A program made the position numbers and the translations under genes. Below the pieces are notes generated by a model. The model had not been told where the DNA came from, did no database searches, and saw only the letters and a program-made list of their open reading frames with translations. Positions 14,100 to 25,700 of a stretch of DNA of 64,000 nucleotides are shown here, in pieces. The first letter of the stretch is position 1. Each line of letters opens with the position of its first letter. The stretch is taken from positions 17,174,001 to 17,238,000 of the forward strand of contig JBHGNT010000005.1 of the NCBI GenBank assembly GCA_043228905.1, in the 5' to 3' direction. The DNA comes from Azolla caroliniana. Lineage: Eukaryota > Plantae > Polypodiophyta.

Positions 14100-16467
14100 A
14101 ACCTCAGTGCATGCATCTAACATTATAGGAATAGCTGACCAAACTCATCAAAATCTCCTTCTTTTTCGAATAGATGTGTTTCTAGAGCCCTTATAACTAT
14201 CATATTCACCTTTAACCGTATGTACTAATAAGTTCCAAAAAGACTTTACCTGATCCACAACGTGATTGTCTTCATCATTGTATAACTTGGAACACCTAGC
14301 TTTCTAAAGAACCCATAGAGACAACGAGGAGACAATCTGCCAAACATAACTCCGCGAGAAGAACTTGATTCCCTGCAAGGAGCTTGAAGTAGAATATACC
14401 TGAAAACTTCTTACATGTAAAGACAAGGAAGAATGATTATAATGATAAAAAGCCCTTTGTTGATCCAACATTCCCCAGAAGACTGCACCCCACGTGAAAA
14501 TAGCCAACCTATACTTATGGCCTAGAAGCCTAAGAATTCGACACCAAAAACTTTTTGCGGAAACACATTCCCAAAATACATGATACAATGTCTCATCCGC
14601 AAACCCACACATAATACATGACTGATTACTCACCGATCCCCTCAACAAATCACCTATTGGCAATGCATAATGAATCATCAACCACCAAAAATGCAATATC
14701 TTATTCATGCATTTAATTGACCAAAACGGTTTCCAAAACATCACCATATGAGTAGATGAAACATTACCTTCCTCCTAATACTTTTTTCCAACAGGTATCG
14801 GCTCGGTTTGCTTCAACATAAAATTCCTACCAAACGCCATTGAATATGTGAAGAAAGGAAGGACCTTAGTCGAAGAGTTAGACATTTACAATTTCCAACC
14901 ATAATCCGATGGATCCCACTGTAGGTCATCAATTGGTTTAGAGTCTAACACCGAAATATGAGATGAGAAATTAGCAATTAGTGGACTAGGATCGATATAT
15001 ATATTTTTATCTAATCTAGCAATTACTCGCATTGGCAATTTCTTCGCAGCGGAAATGATTAGAGACTCCTCATCCACTAGTATCAACCTACCATTGTCCA
15101 AAACTTCATAAAAATAGAGGTTGCCATTTTAATGATATAACCGAGATCCTATGAGTATATTGAGTGTCGAGAACATACCGTACCAACTCTGAAAATGATC
15201 AAATTACAATGTTGGCACTGTGACCTGATACACCATGGACAATTGTGATAACATGATTTGAGCGCCTCTTAAGTTAGATAACCTATTCCTTTGATCCTGC
15301 GTAGAGGACTGCATAAACTTTATCCAATCCGCAATCGTATGAGTTGGTCCATTGTCCATTGCAGCCCATGATAACCTAGGGCGTAAACCCAAAACACATG
15401 CAGCTTCATCAGTAAATAAAGGATTCCATATCAATGGTTGACACATAAATTGATGATAGCTTTTCGGTGGCAAGAAAACAAGTGCTTGCCGAAGACTTTC
15501 CCATGCTCGAAAAATTCCATTGAAGAAACGCAATGATCCATCATTGGACTTAGGTAGTTGGAAATCTGCATTAAAGAACCATCTAAGACTATCCTTCCAT
15601 TGACCACCTACTGAAGGCTTGACCTTATGTAATTGTTGAATCCATAGCTTTTTCCATAACTCCTCTCTTGGCAATAAACTCCTAACAACATGTTTAGTAA
15701 GTAAAGCTTTGCTTTGCATAAATGGATCAATCAAACCTAAACCTCCTTTTTGGTTAGATTGTATCAGAACAGACCAAGCTACCTTTCCTACAGAATTGTC
15801 TGACATATTGTTTCCCCAAATAAAATTTCATACTAAACGTTGAACTTTCAACATTATTGACCTAGAAAACAACCATGTAGATGCTATATACCAAATCGAG
15901 GACAACAACACCGAATTAGCTACAACTACCCGTCCAGCTAAGGATAATTTTTCTTTATTCCAATATACTAACTTATTTCTTAATCTTAACAATAAGGGCG
16001 CAATCATATCTTTTGTCTTTAATCCCACACCCACTCGACAACCTAGATACCTAATAGATTGACCTTGAGGTATCCATGTGAATCCTAAGGAAGGTACATT
16101 AACTGGCGGATCTCTCGAAGCGACCCAAAAACCAAATGATTTATCCCAATTTATCAATGCACCCGCTGCATCTGAGAAATCATCCACGGCCTTTTGCACC
16201 TGTAACAAATTACAATGTGAGGCCTGAACATATAAAGTTGTATCATCAACGAATTCGCTATCCACACCAGCATTTGCCATTGGTAGTGCTAAACCTTTAA
16301 TATTTACATATTGAGAATTTAAATGTACAAAAAATGCTTCAGATACTAGTAAAAATAGGAAAGGAGCAAGTGGACATCCCTATCGTACAGATCTTGAAAT
16401 AGAAAACCGCCTACCAATGTCCCCTGCAAATAAGAGAAAACTATTTGCATTACGATATAACGTTGCC
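14100..16467 (-). mobile_element. 5'-truncated, degenerate L1-type LINE (RT C-terminal half + zf-RVT)
   Basis: RSVR*GCPLAPFLF, SEFVDDTTLY, IRYLG, LSLAGRVVVANSVL, KGGLGL, CIMCGFADETLYHVFWEC; multiple stops and frameshifts. Ends approximate. Confidence 0.9.
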
Positions 16468-16469
16468 TT

Positions 16470-17150
16470 GTTATGTATATGAATCAACCAATTTTGTATA
16501 TGTTCCACATTGTAGTTGCCTTTGTATGTATATGAATCAACCAATTTTATAGAGAGAACATTTTGTATATGCCTTGGATTGTATATGAAGGCCTATTTTG
16601 TATACTCTTGATCATGTATATGAATATACTCTTTTGCACATTCTGTATGTGAATATACTCTTTTGTGCATTCTGTATATGAATATACTCCTTGGCACAAT
16701 TTTTTATTTATGGATATGCTCATTGGCACATTTTGTATTTCATAAAGTTTTGTAGTGTATATGAATGGATGACCGAGTTTTACCTAATAAAGATATTAAT
16801 CATATGGTCTAAAATATTCAATTGTTTTTAATAGCCAACACATAAAACAAGGTGGCATAGAACAACAAATGCATGTTATATTTGTTAGACAATATCAACT
16901 ATGTGGTGACATTTTTGTACAAGTCACCATGTTGGTGATATTGACTTTATAAAGAATGTTACACAATATTGCAAAAAGCCAAGGATTTACTTCTTATCAT
17001 GATAATTCATATATATTGTTAAGTATTTCTTCTTATCGTGATAATTCTTCCCATTTATGGATTGACCTTATAAAGAATGTTACACAATAGTGCAAAAAGC
17101 CAAGGAATTACTTCTTATCATGATAATTTATCTATAGTATTAAGTGTAGA
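16470..17150. repeat. Short tandem repeats (~30-bp TGTATATGAAT units at 16470-16770) and a ~120-bp duplication (16941 / 17062)
   Basis: Direct reading of the repeated units. Confidence 0.75.
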
Positions 17151-20100
17151 GCAAACTCATCAATATTTATTAAGTATTAGAACTTATCTATATATATATA
17201 CATGCACATAGTTGTAACTTCAAACCATACTTCCCATTTGTGCCATACTCATATGTGAGTATTCGTATCATACTCATACGTGAAATGGCTCCAAGTATGA
17301 TTGAAATCCATACGTGATACATACATACGGTGTACATACAGTAACCACTCGGTTAAGTTCACACTTTGAACACATGGGTGACGAGCGCACTTAACCGAGT
17401 TATGCATTTAGGGGTTTTCTGAATTTTTTTGGGGTTTCTTTAAAAATTTTCCTTATGTGTTTGACGTTCATACCATATGTTTCTTCATTAGAAAAGTGAT
17501 CGATTAATGTGATATAATTGACCTGAAATGTTTATGGTTTCAACATACTCTTGTTGGATATCACTTTTTCCCGATTCCATATTACCTTGAGTTTTTGCCT
17601 TTTTGCTAGGCCTACCTAATGAACTTCCTTGGATATGATGAAATTTTTCCTTGCATTCTCTTCCTAGTGGTGGGAGGTTTGAAGAATCGTAGTACAGAAG
17701 GAAATGGAGGAGACCGGAAAAGAGAGAGGAGGAGCAACGGAGAAAGCAGAGGCTAGAACAGAAAGAAAATAAACGAGATGCACAAAAAGAGAAAGAGAGG
17801 GAGGGAGGGAGTGTTACGGGCATGACCATATAATATCCCGTGGTGAGAATTTACCGTAGTATTCTATACACGTGGATAAGTGTGAGGGTTAAACGAGAGT
17901 GTAAAGAAGGGGAGGATTACTTTTAATCCTCGGGATTGAGACAACCCATTAGGCCAAGTGTGAACTTGTCTGGGGGCCTTGGGTATCACTATAAATAAGA
18001 GGCCTAACTACCCTCATTTCGGCATCTTGTTGACTACGTTGAGACTCTGTCTTGTGGTGGGTCAACTCTTGTAGTGAGCGTGCCAACACCAGGTATGACT
18101 CGACGCCACGACGGTGGTATGGGACGCCGATCAAGGCTCGAGTCCTTCTTGATCCCTTCGCTCGAGGGTGGTCGGGTGGATCGGCACCCTTCTTTCTCTC
18201 TCTCCTTTCTATCTATTTATCTATATTCTATCCTTATCTAATGGTTACATTAGTTCATGTCTATAATAGTTGGTATCAAAGCTAATGTGCTAATGTTTCT
18301 TTTGTTGTCTTTTGTTTTGTTGATTGATGGTGATCGATCGATGTGCGGTCGACCTTGATCCAGACAACGATCAACAAAGGAACTTCGGTAACTCTTTCCT
18401 TATTTATTTTTCTATTTTTTCTTCTCCCATCTAATCATGTCTATAGTCTAGATATAATTGTTTTCATTAATTCAATGATGTTGTAGTGGTAATTAATTGG
18501 TTGTATAAAACGTTTACATATGTGTATGAGGTCAATACCTCATTTGACATATATTTAATATGTGATTAGTGTCGTATGCGTACGAGGTTAATACCTCAAT
18601 TGCGTATTACGCTCACATACATATGTTACATATGTGTATGAGGTCAATACCTCGATTTTGTTGTAAATGATATGCGTTTGGTGTCGTATGCGTATGAGGT
18701 CAATATCTCAATTGCGTATTACAATTAACCCTTATTTTTGGATGTTTCGTGTGCGTCGAGGCTACATGCCTCGATTACGTGTCTCAATTTCATCATATGT
18801 TGGCTATTTGATGTTACGATTTCTTTAAAATATACGCATATGTGGTCACGTGTATACGTATTTGATCATATATATGTGATAAATAAACATATGTGTATAT
18901 TTGATATTACGTGATCTTTATATCGAATGTTTTACTTTTTGGGGATCTTGGTGGCCGTCCTCACATTTTTGTGAGAATGGCGTTGTCACCATCCCTTTTT
19001 TCAACAATTTTTTATTGTTGACATTCCTGTTGGTGACTTCGATTTTATTACGTAAAGAAATGCATATAGCCACAATGATGTTGAGAACGTAGGGCTTGAC
19101 CCACTTCATGTGAGGTCGCTCCTATGACACACATATCCAACATCCCTCCCTCGTTACATGGATGCGATGCCACCATGAGATCATTCTTACGAGAGGCATT
19201 CGTAATGACGTAACCATATGATGGGCCACGTGGGCCTACTACGAAAAGAGGGCTCATTTGGCTTGACCATTAGGTTACACTTTGGCGTATGCCATTGTAA
19301 TTATGAGACTTGAGGTAGGTAACGTACCAACATATTTTGTAGTAAACGAGGGGGAAATAAGGACTCTTGACATATATGTTTCTTTTAAAAAAACATATAT
19401 GGGCAAATGCCTCACATATCTCTCATACGAATGAAGCATTAAACATTCAAGAAGAGCAACCTACTTGGTTGGCTCAAGTGTTTAATGCATTTGTTCTCGA
19501 GGTCTCGAGTTTAAATATGACCAAGACCATATAACATTGTTGATACATATCAGTATAACACATGTTTAGACTTGAGGTCTAAGTGCATTTCAGGGTCCTC
19601 GTAATAGGACTTAAAGAGCCGCAACCACATATGTGGGCTCAGAAACATAGTTTATTGTTAACATTTTTTTCGTGTATAAACTACTCATGACGTGAACATA
19701 CATGGTTGAGACTCGGAGAACCGCCATGAAAAAATCGATATAGAGATAAGGGAAAGACATTAATTTGTCACCCCCATGGTTTTTAAAACACCTTTGTGTT
19801 ACCATAGTAACCTGAGCTTGAACCTCATCTCATATGTCTAGAGGGGTATTGACGTGAGATCATGATATCGATTAATGTTTGCGCATGATATGTTTACATC
19901 ATGACATGATGTTATGACTATTTGTCTGACCTTATCCTATTTCTTTGCCAGAAATAACCATTCAATGGCTCAAAATAATGACCCGATGTCATCCGCTCAA
20001 GCGGAAGGAACTCAAGGAAATCCTCCTGGACAAATGTCCATTGCGATGTATTTTTCGCAAATAACCCAATACCTTAGTTTCACCACTTAACAGATGACCG

Positions 20101-22106
20101 AACTTCGGCAATATCAAAGTGATCTCGAGGCACATGTGATTAGTTTACAATGTGAAACTAATAGACCTGATGAGCGATAGGGTGAACCATCGTTTGTCGT
20201 TAAGCCATTTACGGGAGAAAAAAAGGAAAGAACCGAAGAAGCAATCTGCACGTGGTTGGGCCACTGGGAGTCTCATTTTGAGCTCTATCCCACGCCAGAT
20301 ACTATGAAGATTGCATATGTCGGCCGAGAACTCAAGGACTATTTACGAATGGTTTATATACGTTGTCGTGTAGTTCTGCTCACACGGGAGAAACTAAGGT
20401 GGGACCGCGGGGGTCTTGGACCGAGGGGTTTAAGAGATGAAAAGAGAGAGAGAGAAATACGCGAGCGTATCGCCGGTTAGGCCTGCTCGTTGTCGACAAT
20501 GTTACTAGCCGAATAAGACCTGAACGTGTATAGTCTTCGAACCTGATACACACTCACCGGACAAGGTAGAGGGAACTCACGAGAACACAAAGAGAGAGAA
20601 AACAGAAGTTTGAATTCAATAACTAACAAGGTTACAATGTATGCAAGATTACAATCGACAAGCCGGCAACAGACCCAACACAGAGAACCCATGCACACAC
20701 ACACGACACAGAGAATGCACGGTGGAGCCTCTGCTGGAAGCACGTGAGCTTACACACAGCAGAGGCAACCGACCCAGAAACAGAGTGGAGAGCAACGGTA
20801 GAGGAGGAGAGAGCTCGATACCCAGTCCGACAACACCTCATCCTCGCCAAAACGCGATCCTTTCTTCTTCTTCTCCCCTCCCTTTTATAGCTCGCCGAGG
20901 AGGCCGTTAAATCAAAACACATCAACTTTATTCTCTGTCCCTTCGGACAGTGATACACATCGATTTCCTAGCTAATAAATATGTCATACCTAGTATATTT
21001 ACATCAGCAGTCCTATTCCTAGTTATGTACAATGTATCAATTCACGCACACTCGTGAAAGGGCGGGTTCACGCCTTTAATTCCTTGATTCCTCTTAGGGC
21101 CGGTTTTCTTCACGACATCCACCCCCACCAAACCGTGCATCCACTGGTATGCGCCACACACGAACAATCGCCAGAGAAGACCGGCCCGTAATCATCCGTC
21201 AATTCCCGAATCCTCGTCTGCTCCGAACCGGTCGTCGTCGTCGATCACGCTTCTCGGGTCCGGCTCGTCCTCGTGCTGCTTCTTGAACGCCTTGATCCGC
21301 TTCCCAGCTACTGGCACTGTTAATCGCTCCCGTCGAGCTCCGCAAGATGGTACGTCCCGTTGTCATTCGCGCTCGTTACGGCGTAGGGCCCGAACCACCT
21401 CCTCGCGAATTTGCGCGTTGCCTTGTGTTGGTTGTCAAGGCTATTGTCGTACACTGGCACCCAATCGCCTTCCTCAATCTTCTTTGGCCGCAACCAGTGC
21501 GTTCGGTCCAACTGGCCTTTGTTCCTCTCCCTCGCCGCATGTAGCTTCGCCTTTGCACGCTCCACGTCCTCCGGTGTTCGCTCGAGCTGTTGAATCTGCG
21601 CCGCCAACAACTTCTCCCGGCTCATCTCGTCTCTCCAACCTATCGTTGCCCAGGAGGAAATCGTCTGGTTCACCGGCATGATAGGCTTATGCCCGTACAT
21701 CAGCTCCGCTGGCATGAACCTTGTTACCGAAGTGTGCGTAGTCCGGTCCGCCCACAATGTGTAAGGAAGGAGCCGCAACCAATTCCCGACTTGTTCGTCA
21801 CACGCACGTACCAGCGCCTTCACGATCGGCCCATGCCTGCGTTGTACCTTCCTGTTGGCCTCCGGATTGTATGATGTGGTGAGAGAGAGCTTGACCCCTA
21901 GACGGTCAAACAACTCCTCAGCTTCTTGCACGTCCAACTCTCCTCGGTCCGCCATGATCTTCCCTACGCACCCGTACCGACATACTACCTCTTCGATTAG
22001 AAACCGGCACACCACCAAAATCGTCTTGTTCTAGAGTGCGTGGCCCTCCACCTGGTTCGTCAAATCCTCTCGCGTAAGCACTAGGTACCGCATCTGCCCT
22101 ACCCCC

Positions 22107-22703
22107 TGTTGGGAGACAGGTCCCTCCGGATGGGAAGGGAGAAGAACAGTGCCGACACAGGTCGATCACTGCGTGTTTGTGAAGAAGTTCGAAGGAGGCG
22201 ACTTCCTGATACTCCTTCTGTACGTGGACGACATGTTGATCGTCGAACGGGACCAAGTCAAAATACGGATGCTGAAGAAGGCTCTCAACCGGACCTTCTC
22301 AATGAAAGACTTGGGTCCGGCAAGACATATGCTGGGGATGCACATCATTCGGGACCGGTCAGCGAAGCAATTATGGCTGTCACAGGAGAAGTACGTGACA
22401 AAGGTGCTTCACCGGTTCAACATGTCAGATGCGAAACCGGTCGGATCGACACTTCCGGCAAACTGCAGGTTATCTGGTAAGCAAAGCCCGAAGACGAAAG
22501 TAGAGAAGACGGATATGATTAAGATTCCATATGCCTCTGCCGTCGGGAGCCTAATGTACGCAATGGTGTGTACTCGACCGGATATAGGATACGCAGTCGG
22601 AGTGGTGAGCCGGTTCATGAGCAATCCCGGCAAGGAGCACTGGAACGCGGTCAAATGGATACTCCAGTATTTGAAGGGCACTTCAAATATGTGTATCCGA
22701 TTC
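22107..22703 (+). mobile_element. Ty1/copia fragment (putative LTR start + RT segment)
   Basis: Starts TGTTGGGA; ORF 22149- has DHCVF, LLLYVDDML, MKDLG, YASAVGSLMYAMVCTRPDI, HWNAVKWILQYLKGT. Confidence 0.9.
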
Positions 22704-25700
22704 AGCTCCAGCTGCTTGTAGTCCCGATGCAGATGATCAAAATCATCGGTCTTCTGCTTCAGCCTTTGATTGATCTACCAGCGTGCGCGGTCCTCCTGGT
22801 CCTTTTGTTGACGGAGTTCCTCCTTCAGCCTCTCGATTTCCGTCTCCGCCATCCGGCACAACTTGTCTTTTTCCTGCAGCAATTTCTCTTTTTCCTCCTT
22901 CAGCCGGTCATAAGCATGATGTCCTTTACGCAGGTTTTCCTCTGCCCGGTGGAGGTTCTCAACAGTCTTTTTTAATTCTTCTTCAGCCGCCTTCTTCAAG
23001 TTGCGTTCGCGGCTCCGTATTGCTTCTTGTGCGGCAAGTTCATCTCGTAATTCTGCAAGCTCTTGGGCTTGCGCCGCATCATTCTCCGGGACAGTTTGTG
23101 CCTCTGGGGTCTTATTCCTCTATAGATCAACCGGCGTCACCAATGCTTGGATTTGCGTTGCGGTTAAGGCCATTTTGGTCATGTCTTCGGTAATCCGATC
23201 CAAGTCTCGTTCGAGGCACCGGATCCTTGACCGGGCCGTCTCTAGTTCATCGGTTGTGACGAGCAACCGTTCCGTTTGCGCTCTTTCCTCCGCCTCTACG
23301 CATCCGACTACTCCGGCAATTTGTTCTCCTATCCACCGGAGTCATTGGCTGTCGGTGCACTATTGTTGCGCTTGCACGGAGAGTTGGCTGATGGGTTCAC
23401 TCGCCAGTGGCTAGTCCCGCCTTACTGCGTCGAGCTACGCTTCTAGTTCTGCCAGCTGACCACTTTGCCGTTCCGGCTCTGAGTGTGTTTCGGCTAGCTG
23501 CCCCTTGTCTGCTTATTCTTGGCCGGCTAGGACGGTTGGTCTTTGTATATCCGGCACTTGAGTTACGGGGCTTGCCGGGACTTCTATGACAGGTTTCCTC
23601 CGAACCGGTTCCGGTGCCTCCCTTGGCGTGGGATGCTTAGTGTGAGTTGCGGGCGTTCCATCCTTCTGTGTGTCCGAACGCTTCTCGGCTGATTCAGCGG
23701 TGCTCTTCACCGGCCGCCGCTGGAGGTGCTCCGTGGGTTCTTCCTCCATTTCCTCCGCCTGACTCCCGGCATTCATTCGTGCCGCCAGGGTGTCCGTTTC
23801 CTGTTGCACCGGTAGGTGGAGTGGGCTCTTCAGGGGTCGTGCTGATGTCTCCTCGTGTGTGTCCGTCGGCCGCTTCCGGCTGGTGCGCTCCTTTGCCGCC
23901 TTCTCTGCGTCGGCGTCTTCCCCTTAGTGGCCTTGGAAGCCAATAGTTGTTGCCGTTTCGAAGCAGGTTTCAGGGTGCCATCCGTCGCTCTTCCCCGCTT
24001 CTTGGTCTAGACGGGCTCAACCAGTGGCGCCAATAGGGTGAGCCAGTGCGTCACCACATGCCATATTTTCCAGCCTTCCTTGCCGTCCTTTCCTCTAACG
24101 ATATCAATCGCCGTACACAACCCGTCGGCAATCAATACCGGCCAATCTACCTTGACCCCTTCGTATGTCGCGATAATCAAGCCTGCTCGGTTCTGAGGCA
24201 TGACGGGGGGTCGAGGGTACACGTGGCCGAACTCATGGAGCACACGGGCAATTTCGCGGAATAGCATATTTTCGCCGCCCTATGTCCTGTAGCCCTTGCT
24301 GGTGAGAGAGTACTCACCGAAATATTTGATGAGCTGCTCGGAGGTCGGATTATCAATCGTGTAGATATCTCCCTCCGGAAGGCCTATTAACGCACGGATC
24401 GCCTCCTCCGTGATCACCTCTGTGTCAATTTCTTTTATAATCTTTTTGGCCTCCTTGTGTGGCGCCGCCTCCATGATTGTTAAGAAACCCTCCAGTCCGT
24501 GCTGCCGTAGCCATTTCTTGGCAGCTTCAGACAGTGTTTGGCAGTCCATCTCTGCGTCGAGGTCGGAGAGCGTTGGCGAGGTTTGGTGGTGGGGAGAGTG
24601 TGAGAGAGAAAGTTCTGAGGGAGGGGGTTCTCTGTGTGCGAGCTCTCTGCGATTGATCTTCACGCGTTTGTCTGCGTTTGTTCTCCTTGGTTCGCGATAG
24701 GAGAAGGTCTCGATGTGTGGGGGTTTTTCTCTCTGCATCTTGGCACCTTTTTTGAGCCTCCGCATGTGCAGGTCGTGTACTATAATAGCATTGCGTGCCA
24801 TGTGGCCGTGGTTTAATGTCCTATTCATAGCCCCTCGTACCTTTTCGACATGCCTCTTTACTCCTCGTGTGCATGGCCGTTTCAACCACTCCTTTTCATA
24901 ATTTATTTGATTCCATTCGATTTTATTTTTTCCCGAAACATTAATTGTGTGGTTAATTTTTCTTCGGTCCTATCGGACCCTTACCCGAATCGCGCACCTT
25001 GCCGGCCTTTTGCCGGTTTGCCGTCGTTATGCTTTCCCCGGTTGTCGGCTCGTGCTCCTCCTTATCGGCTTGGTGGTCGCCATTTTCCTCACGGGTTGCC
25101 GTCGTGGTTGGCCTGCCGGCGTCTGCATCGGTGGCGGCCCTTCGTTCAAATGGGTTCTTGGGCATAGGTCCATTGTATGGTTTTAGTCTAAATCCGTTGA
25201 CCCATTTACCCTGCACTTCGCCAGCAGTGTGTCCCTAACTGGTAGGATCCATTGAACTCGCGTGTGATCCAGTACGGTCTGGTCCATCTAAACCGTAGTT
25301 TGCCTGGCATTTTACCCATCCGGGTCTAGAACACCAGTACCGGCTTGCCGATGCCGAACATTTTCTCGTTTCCCTTCCGGTGCCGATCTACAAACACTTT
25401 CCATCGCCGTTGTTCCAATTCCAGGTGCATGATGCTCGCCAGTCGGTGTTCTTCTAGTTCACACAGAGCCTTTAACCGAATTGCTTCCGATTCCTTTTCA
25501 TTGAGTCGTTCTCGAATCTGAATCCGTAAGCTCGGTATCTGGAACTCGACTGGCATGACTGCCTCTAATCCGAATGCTAACCGGAACGGTGTTGTTCGGA
25601 TGCTTGTTTTGTACGCTGTCCGGTAAGCCCAGAGCGCACTGTGCAGCTTCGTGTCCCAATCTGTCTGATTTTCATTGACGATTTTCCGGAGGATATTCTG

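Noticed and set aside
18528-18772. CRISPR-like regularly spaced palindromic repeats
   Set aside because: Eukaryotic retrotransposon leader; spacers resemble each other (112-bp dimer), repeats are short and degenerate, and there are no cas genes.
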